NCBI GenBank assembly: GCA_036518375.1
Contig: DATDNG010000189.1
Span: 1 to 31,653, forward strand
Origin: Nitrososphaeraceae archaeon
GTDB lineage: Archaea > Thermoproteota > Nitrososphaeria > Nitrososphaerales > Nitrososphaeraceae
Length of the DNA stretch: 31,653 nt
Direction of reading: 5' to 3'
Under the pieces are notes generated by a model. It saw nothing but the letters and a program-made list of their open reading frames with translations, ran no database searches and was not told the DNA's origin. The stretch's first letter is position 1. The number at the start of each line of letters is the position of its first letter. Shown here in pieces: positions 1-8,444 of this stretch. A program made the translations under genes and the position numbers.

Positions 1-208
1 GGTGGAGGAGCTACCAAGACAAAAATAATGTACAAAGCCTTTCTGTCCTACGCACAATTAAAGGAATACCTGACAGTTCTATTAGAAAATGGTTTGCTAG
101 AATATGAAGAAGGAAGGCAATTATATAGAAGAATAAGGATATACGTTTTTGCAGATGTATAACCAATTTGACGAAATGATGTTTATCGAGAATCTAAAAA
201 GGAAATAA
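1..208 (+). pseudogene. 5'-truncated winged helix-turn-helix protein (small AOA-type regulator), apparently frameshifted
   Basis: Frame 1 reads GGGATKTKIMYKAFLSYAQLKEYLTVLLENGLLEYEEG and stops at 160-162. The expected C-terminus FLQMYNQFDEMM continues in frame 2 to TAA at 206-208. Confidence 0.6.
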
Positions 209-619
209 TAACAATATCTATGTATACATCTTCTTATTTTCTATGACTATCACCATAGTTGTTCTTTCCAATAACTAATTATGATGCAATTGTTACATTT
301 AACTCACAGTGATATAGGTGTTTATGTTATAAACAAACTAGATTATGATTTCTAATATTCTATATCGTTATGGTATTACTGAAATCACGAAATTTACGCA
401 TAGATTTAACTTTATGAATATAAGATTGATGATCCAGGTTTTGTTAAAGAATGAGGTTGACACAGAAGCTCAATAATACTAGTAGCATCTTAACTGGATA
501 GGTTACAAATATCCTTTATAACCAGCCAACATTTTACATAATTATATAATAATGAGAATCGTCGAGGAAAGTGGAAAGTATTTAACGGATAAATAATATC
601 ACAATTAACTTGACCACTT

Positions 620-1624
620 ATGCAAGTAAATCTGCGGATCGATACATTAGATAAAAAGCTTTTAAATGACATCCAATGGATTTTCCCTCTTACTGAGAGG
701 CCTTATCTCGAAATTTCGAAGCGTTACAATGTCTCTGAGAGTGAAATCATGCAGAGGATCATATACATGAAGAAGTTAGGTTTAATTAGACAGATTAACG
801 CCATTTTTGACACCAGACGACTAGGTTATAAAAGTGCCCTCATAGCATTTGCAATCAGACCTGATAAGGTTGATTATGTGGCCAACGAAGTAAATAAACA
901 TCCTGGTGTTAGCCATAATTACGAAAGAAATCATGACTTTAATATGTGGTTTACGCTTGCAGTTCCTCCATATGCAGACTTGAAGACAGAGCTAGATAGA
1001 ATGGCTTCGCTTGAAGGTGTTATCAAATACCGGTTATTACCAACTCTTAAACTTTACAAGATTGGAGTTAGGCTTGACATGGTTAATGAAGATCCAGAAA
1101 AACCAAAGCCAATGGATGAAATTAAAAAATTAAATCCAAAAAAATTTGATCTTACAGATCGAGACAAGTTTTTTATTCGCGAATTACAAAAGGATCTAGA
1201 AGTAATTCCAGAACCATTCAAGGTATTAGCAGAAAACCTTGGCATCACAACAGAGGATCTCTTTGTAAAAGCTAAAGAATATGAACAGATTGGAGTTATG
1301 CGAAGATTTGCAGCAATATTACGCCATCGTGACGCAGGCTTCTCTGCAAATGGCATGGTGGTATGGAATGTGCCTGAAGGAAAGATTGATGAAATTGGCT
1401 ATAAGCTGGCATCTTTTCCACAGATAAGTCATTGTTATCGAAGACCCACCTATCCTGACTGGAAGTTCAACTTATTTAGTATGATTCATGCACGAACTGT
1501 ACATGCAGCAGAAAAAATCGCGGCTGAAATGTCAGAAACTGTTGGGATTAAAGATTATAGAATATTATTTAGCTCACGGGAATTTAAGAAGGAGAGAGTA
1601 AAATATTTTGAAGAGCAGAACTAG
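620..1624 (+). CDS. ahbAB: Fused siroheme decarboxylase AhbA-AhbB (NirDL/NirGH-like, Lrp/AsnC fold)
   Basis: Two tandem HTH+AsnC-like halves with HPGVSHNYER and ISHCYRRPTYPDWKFNLFSMIH motifs typical of AhbA/AhbB. Confidence 0.85.
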   Translation: MQVNLRIDTLDKKLLNDIQWIFPLTERPYLEISKRYNVSESEIMQRIIYMKKLGLIRQINAIFDTRRLGYKSALIAFAIRPDKVDYVANEVNKHPGVSHNYERNHDFNMWFTLAVPPYADLKTELDRMASLEGVIKYRLLPTLKLYKIGVRLDMVNEDPEKPKPMDEIKKLNPKKFDLTDRDKFFIRELQKDLEVIPEPFKVLAENLGITTEDLFVKAKEYEQIGVMRRFAAILRHRDAGFSANGMVVWNVPEGKIDEIGYKLASFPQISHCYRRPTYPDWKFNLFSMIHARTVHAAEKIAAEMSETVGIKDYRILFSSREFKKERVKYFEEQN

Positions 1625-1903
1625 CATTCAATTTATCTATTTCAATCGTCCTTGTTAATTCTTATGACTTGTAGCATATGTTTTCCATTCTATTATGACA
1701 CACTTCTGTAGAACGAATTATAATGTCTGCAGGTGAGCATATAACAATACAAAGTATATAAACTACCACTAAAATATCTTCGATGAGAAGATTTCATCGG
1801 AATAGATTTGTCGTAACATTACATAGCAGTATCTGAGACCTTCTGGATTACATCACCCAAGATTCACTATCGCATTCAATCGTCTGACCTTTAAGACAAA
1901 TTC

Positions 1904-2896
1904 TCATTTAGAAGAAATGATGGGCTCAATGTAAAAGTTATTGTTGTAAAGATCAGTTATCTGAGCTAACTCATTTTCATTTAGATACTTGCCATCTGAC
2001 ATCGCGACAAACATTTCAATTTCTTCAATGTCAATAGCAGTAGGTATTACTACTGATATTGCCATTTGGGATAATATGAATTTAATTGCCAGCTGGGATA
2101 TATTCCATCCATTTGCATTTGCAATTGGTTTTATTTTTTCTATTTTTTGAATTGCTTCAATAATCCATTCTTTCTTTCTATTTCCTCTATGGTCATTCTT
2201 GTCGAATACAGTTTTTTCACTAACCTTGCCAGTCAATACTCCAGAAGCATCTGGCACTCTGGCCATGACCCCTACGTTATTTTTGCTTGCTGCATCTAAA
2301 AAAGTTCTACCTGGCTCCTGTTCCAAAATATTGTAAACTGTTTGAAGACAAGATATGCTTCGTTTTTCTATGGCTAAAAGCCCTTCATCCTTCCAGCCTA
2401 TAGCTGGACCGAGTGCAACGCCGTGACTTTTGATCTTTCCACTCTGAAGTAAGCCGTCAAGTGACATGAACAAACTGTCATTTTTTATAGCATCCAACTT
2501 CGGATTATGAAGACTATAGATATCTATATAATTAGTTTGTAAACGTTTCATACTCTGCTCCAATGCATATTCTAAAAATCCAGGATCATGCCTTTGTGAT
2601 ATCTCGTTGTGTCCAATCTGTTCAACATTATACATATCATAACCCCATTTTGTAGAATAAACAACTTCGTTACGCATATCTTTGAATGCCTGTGCGATCA
2701 CTCTTTCGCTTTTACCTTTTCCATACATATCTGCAGTTTCGTAAAAATTGATACCCAGATCGTAGGCCCGTTTTAGCATCCTAATCGCGTTGTCATCATC
2801 TATCTTCTTTCCCCACCAATCCAGACCAATAACCCATGCTCCAAATCCTATTTCACTTACTTTAATACCGCTTTTTCCTAATTTCCTATATTTCAT
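1904..2896 (-). CDS. Aldo/keto reductase family oxidoreductase
   Basis: MKYRKLGKSGIKVSEIGFGAW, ETADMYG, STKWG and IDIYSLHNP motifs. Confidence 0.9.
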   Translation of the reverse strand: MKYRKLGKSGIKVSEIGFGAWVIGLDWWGKKIDDDNAIRMLKRAYDLGINFYETADMYGKGKSERVIAQAFKDMRNEVVYSTKWGYDMYNVEQIGHNEISQRHDPGFLEYALEQSMKRLQTNYIDIYSLHNPKLDAIKNDSLFMSLDGLLQSGKIKSHGVALGPAIGWKDEGLLAIEKRSISCLQTVYNILEQEPGRTFLDAASKNNVGVMARVPDASGVLTGKVSEKTVFDKNDHRGNRKKEWIIEAIQKIEKIKPIANANGWNISQLAIKFILSQMAISVVIPTAIDIEEIEMFVAMSDGKYLNENELAQITDLYNNNFYIEPIISSK

Positions 2897-2899
2897 ATT

Positions 2900-3460
2900 T
2901 TAGTTTAAGACCTCCTTAATCTCGTCTACTATTTGATTAAATCTCCTGTCTTCTAAAACAGGTTGGCGATCATCACTATTACTGTACACAGGGAATTCAA
3001 TCGGAATCCATGACGTGCATCCCGCCCATTCAGATTTAACATCGACTTCTATAGGATTATCCATTTTGTAGACTCGTAACAATATTATATTCATAGGTCT
3101 TTTGGAATTATAGTTCATTCTGATATTTACGTAGCGATCGTTCCATATATGGTACTTCTCTAGTTTTCGTAAAATCGACTTATCACTAACCTCCTTAATA
3201 TCTGCAACCTGTGCGTAAGAAGTTATTTTATTCTTACCATTGGTTGGAGTATTTTGTAGCACACTATATAGCATACTAAGATAATTTGGTTGTATGGATT
3301 CTTTTGATTGATGTTCAAAGGTTGGAAATAGTAAAAATTTGTTATGTTTTACCTTGAAACCTTGCCTATACTCCATAATACCACCTTTTCGTAGAAGTAA
3401 TATCTGTCTCCCTTCTTCAAGTGCTTTACAAACTACGGCCCATTCCTTAAGCGCAGCCAT
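2900..3460 (-). CDS. DUF1802 family protein
   Basis: ALKEWAVVCKALEEGRQILLLRKGGI, FLLFPTFEHQ and GCTSWI motifs. Start overlaps the upstream stop (TAATG). Confidence 0.8.
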   Translation of the reverse strand: MAALKEWAVVCKALEEGRQILLLRKGGIMEYRQGFKVKHNKFLLFPTFEHQSKESIQPNYLSMLYSVLQNTPTNGKNKITSYAQVADIKEVSDKSILRKLEKYHIWNDRYVNIRMNYNSKRPMNIILLRVYKMDNPIEVDVKSEWAGCTSWIPIEFPVYSNSDDRQPVLEDRRFNQIVDEIKEVLN

Positions 3461-4167
3461 TATCCAAGACTTTTGATGATATCTTCGACACCCTTATAAA
3501 TGCAAACTATCATAGGAGTATCTCTGACTATGTATTTGCTAACTTGAGTTTCACGCAATTGAATTATCAAATCTTGAAAGATCATTAGATCATTTGTTTC
3601 GAATGCAAGCATGAAATCCTGATCATCGATGCCGAAGGAATAAGATGTATTCAGCCTGATTTGTGAAAATTTTCTGCCGACAGCTATGTGTTCATCCATC
3701 ATTTTCTGCCGATCTTCATATGGAAGCAAATACCACTCTCTTGATTTTACGAAAGGATAAACAATAGTGTATTTCATAGGTTGTTCGTCCGTTGCAAATC
3801 CAGGAATAACTTTATTTGAGTATATTGATGGTCGGGAAGCAGATAAATACACCTGCGAGAGCTCCAAATATTTTCCTAAAACCGTAGAGTAAGTTTTTGA
3901 TGTTAGTATCTGCATCTTTTCAACTGAATCAGAAATCATCCATAACAAAAATTCTGCATCATCACATAATCCTAAAGTAGAATAAGTCCGAACTTTCATT
4001 TTTGTGTTTGCAACTTCTATTAAGCTTGAAAATTCTTTTGCAGCCTCCTCTTTGCCAATTTCATTTAGCCACCTCCACTTTGGATCAACTTTAAAAAAGG
4101 AGAAATTTAGATACAATGGTGATGATGATGTTGTTGTTGTTATCTTTCCCTCTTCACTAAAAGTCAT
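3460..4167 (-). CDS. chdC: Chlorite dismutase-family haem protein, probably coproheme decarboxylase (ChdC/HemQ)
   Basis: YPFVK, WY, MMDEH (proximal His), GR, GIDD and LRETQVS motifs. No distal Arg of true chlorite dismutases by my alignment. Confidence 0.7.
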   Translation of the reverse strand: MTFSEEGKITTTTSSSPLYLNFSFFKVDPKWRWLNEIGKEEAAKEFSSLIEVANTKMKVRTYSTLGLCDDAEFLLWMISDSVEKMQILTSKTYSTVLGKYLELSQVYLSASRPSIYSNKVIPGFATDEQPMKYTIVYPFVKSREWYLLPYEDRQKMMDEHIAVGRKFSQIRLNTSYSFGIDDQDFMLAFETNDLMIFQDLIIQLRETQVSKYIVRDTPMIVCIYKGVEDIIKSLG

Positions 4168-4363
4168 TTAATGAACGAAGAATCCAAAACCATATTTAAA
4201 ACTAGATCGGGACTTTCATAATTTAAATAATGTAAATTAGAAGGTAAAATTTATTATGACAAACACTTCAAACAATGAAAGCAAAAGATGCTGAGACGCC
4301 ATAAAAATGGTAAAATCAATTACTAAACATTAAAAGTGAAATGGTAATAATAATAAAGTTATA

Positions 4364-5140
4364 TCATCTATCCTCAATGCCGAGCCAACCATAACCCTTA
4401 GATTCAAGTTCCTCAGATAACTCTTTCCCTGCTGATTTGATAATCCTTCCTCTCGCCATGACATGAACGTGATCTAGCTTTGTAAGATATCTCAGGATTC
4501 TAGCGTAGTGAGTAATTACAATTACGCCCGCATCTGTCGTAATTAACTTATTAATTGCCTCTGCTACAGCCTTTACCGCATCTATATCTAGACCAGAATC
4601 TGGTTCGTCAAGGATTGCGATGTTTGGTTTTAGAACTAGCATTTGCATCACCTCTGACCTTTTTTTCTCTCCACCAGAAAATCCTTCGTTAAGGTATCTG
4701 CCAAGAAATGACGGGTCAAGTCCGACATAGTCGAGGTTTCTTTTTACGTATTCATGGAATTCTCTGACAGTTAAGAAAACTTCTCTATTCTGCTGATCTT
4801 GTCCTAATGATTTACTCAATGTATTGTACGCATTTCTTAAAAAGTGGCTGTAACCAACACCAGAAATTTCAATTGGATATTGGAATCCCAGAAATATTCC
4901 TTTCTTCGATCGTTCATCCGTAGACAGATCCAGAATACTTTGTCCTTTAACAAATATATCACCAGATGTAATTGTATATTTCGGATGACCTAGTAGTACA
5001 TTTGCAAAAGTGCTCTTACCGGAGCCGTTGGGGCCCATAAGTGCATGGACTTCTCCTTTGTTAACGTTTAAACTCATACCTGTCAGAATTTCTTTCCCCT
5101 CAATGCTAGCATGTAGATCTTTGACCTCTAAAAACGCCAT
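4364..5140 (-). CDS. sufC: Fe-S cluster assembly ABC ATPase SufC
   Basis: Walker A GPNGSGKST, LGFQYP, GFSGGEKKR, ILDEPDSGLDID and ITHY. Start moved to the ATG at 5140 (track gives 5161). Confidence 0.92.
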   Translation of the reverse strand: MAFLEVKDLHASIEGKEILTGMSLNVNKGEVHALMGPNGSGKSTFANVLLGHPKYTITSGDIFVKGQSILDLSTDERSKKGIFLGFQYPIEISGVGYSHFLRNAYNTLSKSLGQDQQNREVFLTVREFHEYVKRNLDYVGLDPSFLGRYLNEGFSGGEKKRSEVMQMLVLKPNIAILDEPDSGLDIDAVKAVAEAINKLITTDAGVIVITHYARILRYLTKLDHVHVMARGRIIKSAGKELSEELESKGYGWLGIEDR

Positions 5141-5332
5141 TACAAATGATTCTTCAAACACTGAATATAAATATTATCAAATAATATGATCCTCTCAAAC
5201 CAATAGTAATATTACTTAAATGTTTATGTTTACTATACGGCTAGAGCCTTACTATACATACTATATAAATAATATTAGTTATATTAATACAATTGAATAA
5301 AAATGGTAATTAAAAGCTAAATGTTATCTAAT

Positions 5333-5833
5333 TTACGATATGGTAATTTTCCCTGTCATGTATGGATGAATTTTACAGTAATATGGATGCTCTCCTGGCC
5401 CAATTTTACTTGCTGGAACACTGTACTTCTGATTGGGGTTCAAAAAATTTGAATCAAACAGTTTTCCGCTACTAGGATCTTGGGGGCCGCTACCGCTGGT
5501 CGCAGTATGTATGGTCATATCTGCATTAGTCCATGTAACCAGTGCATCGGCACTTGCCTTTGATGTATCAGGATCATAATTTGGGTTACCTTGTGTTGAT
5601 GCACCTTTCAAAATAGTGATTGCAACCTTGTTGGTGAATTTAGATTCATCTATTACTGTTGCAGGTTTATTATTTGCTTGTGCTTCACTTACAGGTGGAA
5701 GCTCTTTTCGATATACTGAAACCACTATCCCTGGCTTAGGAACGAACGCTGCAGCTAAGTAGTAAAACATAATACCAGTAACTGCACCTAGAACAAGGAT
5801 TACTAAAAGCGCAACCTTTCCAACTGAAGCCAT
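5333..5833 (-). CDS. Membrane-anchored blue (type 1) copper cupredoxin/plastocyanin-like protein
   Basis: N-terminal TM helix, WTNAD..IHTATSG (His ligand) and C-terminal YYCKIHPYMTG (Cys/His/Met ligands). Confidence 0.88.
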   Translation of the reverse strand: MASVGKVALLVILVLGAVTGIMFYYLAAAFVPKPGIVVSVYRKELPPVSEAQANNKPATVIDESKFTNKVAITILKGASTQGNPNYDPDTSKASADALVTWTNADMTIHTATSGSGPQDPSSGKLFDSNFLNPNQKYSVPASKIGPGEHPYYCKIHPYMTGKITIS

Positions 5834-5923
5834 GGTATATTACATTTTAACATGTCAAGCCCATATTAATTCCTTTTAGTATCGCAACTTTTATTTTAGA
5901 CGAATCTTCCAAGGTAACTACTA

Positions 5924-6100
5924 ATGAGCAGAATCAAGAGTTTAAAATGTGTCCTTTGTGAAAATGGTATTATTAATTTCAGATATAAGGCAATGCTTCA
6001 ATGGAATATTTATGGTGATTTGTGTGGAAAATGCTATGGAAAAAAATTGGCAGAACACTACATTTCTGCTCAGCATCAAACTACTATAAAAAACAATTAA
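5924..6100 (+). CDS. 58-aa CxxC...CxxC putative zinc-binding microprotein
   Basis: Manual translation MSRIKSLKCVLCENGIINFRYKAMLQWNIYGDLCGKCYGKKLAEHYISAQHQTTIKNN*. Below the ORF-track length cut-off. Confidence 0.65.
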   Translation: MSRIKSLKCVLCENGIINFRYKAMLQWNIYGDLCGKCYGKKLAEHYISAQHQTTIKNN

Positions 6101-6210
6101 ACTGTCTTTACGTAGTCGAAAGTTTCTCTACATGATTAAATAGAATATATGGACATCTAAACTGTTCTTGTAAAACTCGTATTTACTGTATGAAAGTAGA
6201 AAAATTGATA

Positions 6211-6654
6211 CTAGCGATATGATTTCTGTTTTCTGCGCCTGGCTCCAGGTCCACCAAATTTCTTCGATTCAATCTGTCTAGGATCACCTGCTAGAAGGTG
6301 TCTGTCAAAGTCAGAGATTTTCTCTCGAACTTCTTCACGCATATTCTTTGATAATGGATGATCCCTTGGATCTCTCCCTCCTTTTCCCTCGCCTGTTAGA
6401 GCCCTAGAAATTGCAACTGCACTAGCAAATGCCTGTCCCATAACTCCCCCGCCCTCTACTTGGACATTGATATCCACCCTGTTTCTTAATTCTCCTACTA
6501 CGGTAAGTGGTATCAATATCAATTCCTTGACTGCTTCTGGTTTTAATACTTCTACTGGGATATTATTTATCCTTACCTTGCCGTTCCCTTTGGAAATTGT
6601 TGCCACAGCTCGGCATCTTTTTCTTTGACCGGGATAAAGATCTATTTTATTCAT
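6211..6654 (-). CDS. rps9: 30S ribosomal protein S9 (uS9)
   Basis: GGGVMGQAFA, DPRQIESKKFGGPGARRRKQKSYR. ATG at 6654 is preceded by an SD-like GGTGAG. Confidence 0.95.
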   Translation of the reverse strand: MNKIDLYPGQRKRCRAVATISKGNGKVRINNIPVEVLKPEAVKELILIPLTVVGELRNRVDINVQVEGGGVMGQAFASAVAISRALTGEGKGGRDPRDHPLSKNMREEVREKISDFDRHLLAGDPRQIESKKFGGPGARRRKQKSYR

Positions 6655-6661
6655 ACACTTC

Positions 6662-7120
6662 TCACCCTTTCCACCCAATTTGTTTTGCTACATCACCGAT
6701 TGTAATGTAGTATGATGCAGGCTTTGTAATCTTAGAATAATCAAAAGATTCTGTCTTAGTATTCTTTAGATCATCCGGAGTGCCTATATATACTCTTAAT
6801 CGTTTAAAAGCTTCTATACCGCTTGTCTTCCTTTTTGGTAACATTCCTCTTACTATCTTCGTTAGTATTGTATCGGGTCTTCTAGGATGAAATGGGCCAT
6901 GAATAGGGTTTGTGACAGAGTTGATTTCAAGATGCTCTTTGTAAAGAGATATTGTCTTGTATCTGTTTCCAGATAGCATAGCTTTCTCGGAATTTACAAT
7001 AGTAACCCTATTTCCCTGCAGTAATAGTTTTGAAATTTGTGAACACATCCTGCCAACAATGCAATTTGCTGCGTCAACTACTATGGGTTGTTTTTGTGAT
7101 TTCAATTCCTGTTTAACCAA
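6662..7120 (-). CDS. rpl13: 50S ribosomal protein L13 (uL13)
   Basis: VVDAANCIVGRMCS, VNSEKA, GPFHPRRPD, VRGMLP and RLRVYIG motifs. Confidence 0.95.
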   Translation of the reverse strand: MVKQELKSQKQPIVVDAANCIVGRMCSQISKLLLQGNRVTIVNSEKAMLSGNRYKTISLYKEHLEINSVTNPIHGPFHPRRPDTILTKIVRGMLPKRKTSGIEAFKRLRVYIGTPDDLKNTKTESFDYSKITKPASYYITIGDVAKQIGWKG

Positions 7121-7463
7121 TTATATGCACACCCTTACCATCAGGATGGCTCTCTATTAAGTCATCAAGTGTAATAATCCTTCCACCTGAGCCCATTATT
7201 TTCTTTGTAGCTACTTCAGAAATTGAAAAAGCGCAAACTGTCAGTCTGTGTCCAATTGCCCCGGCACCTAACACCTTACCTGGAACAATAATTACTTCGT
7301 CATTTTTAGTAACGTTTTCCAATTTACTTACATTAACCTCTCTTCTATTTGATCTAGGAGCTAAAAGCTCATCTTCCAAAGAACGCCATATTGGAGCCTT
7401 ACTTTTTTTAAAAGCTCTGCGGACTGCCCAAATTGCGTTATCCAATAAAACATTAGTAAACAA
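7113..7463 (-). CDS. rpl18e: 50S ribosomal protein L18e (eL18)
   Basis: APIWR, RSNRREVNVSKL, IVPGKVLGAG and canonical position after rpoD. Confidence 0.93.
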   Translation of the reverse strand: MFTNVLLDNAIWAVRRAFKKSKAPIWRSLEDELLAPRSNRREVNVSKLENVTKNDEVIIVPGKVLGAGAIGHRLTVCAFSISEVATKKIMGSGGRIITLDDLIESHPDGKGVHIIG

Positions 7464-7508
7464 ATCGATCTATTTTGCCTGTTATTCCAAATCCCCAAAT
7501 AAACGTAC

Positions 7509-8195
7509 CTACACATTCGTTGGTATTTTAAGCGATTGAATAGTATGATTAAAATTCTTTGTTTTTGAATTTATTTTTTCAATAGCTGCCATTACCACTT
7601 CTTCAGCTGTTAATGCGCCATTTGTTTCAATATCGAGAATGGATTCATTTTCATCCTTTCCGTCTTTAACAATGGCCGCCGAAGTTGGTTGCCATTTTGC
7701 GTGATCCTTTCCAACACCAAACCTTGCATAAGCTTCAAACTTTAGCTTCTGACTTGGAGCAAGAACAATAATTGGAATGTCTTTACTGACCGGCTTTACA
7801 AGTTCGTCTTCAGACAAGAGCTCTCCAGAAGTTACAACTTTAGTTTTTTCTGTTGCCTCAGAATCTAATACAAGTAATACCCTACATTTTGAACATCCTA
7901 AGGTACTTTTACAATCGCAATCATGTGGCATTACAAATCTATCAAGATCTGTTCTTAAAGGGATGAGTCCTAGCCTGTGAGCAATTGCTTCATCATGCAT
8001 GACAGACGAATTCTCTAAAATAACAACATCATCTATTGCTAAAGTTGGAATTTCACTTATAGACAGCCGTCTAATAGCATTAACATATTGCCTAGGGACA
8101 TTGCTAAATCTAATAATAATTCTTTCATCTTCTTTTTGAAGAATATCAATGGATGGAGAAGTCAACTTTAGTTCGTAGAACATTTGCCTATGCAC
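7509..8195 (-). CDS. rpoD: DNA-directed RNA polymerase subunit D (Rpo3)
   Basis: NAIRR..ISEIPTLAIDDV, NSSVMHDEAIAHRLGLIPL, Cys cluster CDCKSTLGCSKC and GKDHAKWQP. The real start may be the TTG at 8165. Confidence 0.95.
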   Translation of the reverse strand: MHRQMFYELKLTSPSIDILQKEDERIIIRFSNVPRQYVNAIRRLSISEIPTLAIDDVVILENSSVMHDEAIAHRLGLIPLRTDLDRFVMPHDCDCKSTLGCSKCRVLLVLDSEATEKTKVVTSGELLSEDELVKPVSKDIPIIVLAPSQKLKFEAYARFGVGKDHAKWQPTSAAIVKDGKDENESILDIETNGALTAEEVVMAAIEKINSKTKNFNHTIQSLKIPTNV

Positions 8196-8444
8196 CTTAA
8201 AAATCTACCGAAAATCATAAAAATTTCATTCGTGTTCTGAGAAACATTTCATACTCATATTAACGTCTTATAATAAATTATCACAATATTTTTATGGTTT
8301 ATGTTTTATATCTTAAGTATTTATAAGATAATTATGTTTATAATATATAAATATATTATTATCTTAATATATGTAACTTTGCATTATATCATAATTAATT
8401 TCTAATAACTCATAATATCTTTTATATTTCCTCCAAAAGAAAGT

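Noticed and set aside
490-672. 60-aa minus-strand ORF
   Set aside because: Overlaps the ahbAB start and promoter; no motif.
1054-1356. 100-aa ORF antisense to ahbAB
   Set aside because: Shadow ORF fully inside a well-supported gene. The same applies to 6957-7160, 7777-7980, 9116-9755, 12137-12385, 13642-14760, 15745-16152, 16989-17189, 18070-18433, 19879-20175, 20577-20946, 21250-22030, 23598-24005, 25244-25441 and 27063-27842.
1781-1799. Hairpin CGATGA-N7-TCATCG between convergent genes
   Set aside because: Only a 6-bp stem, about 150 bp from ahbAB; could be chance.
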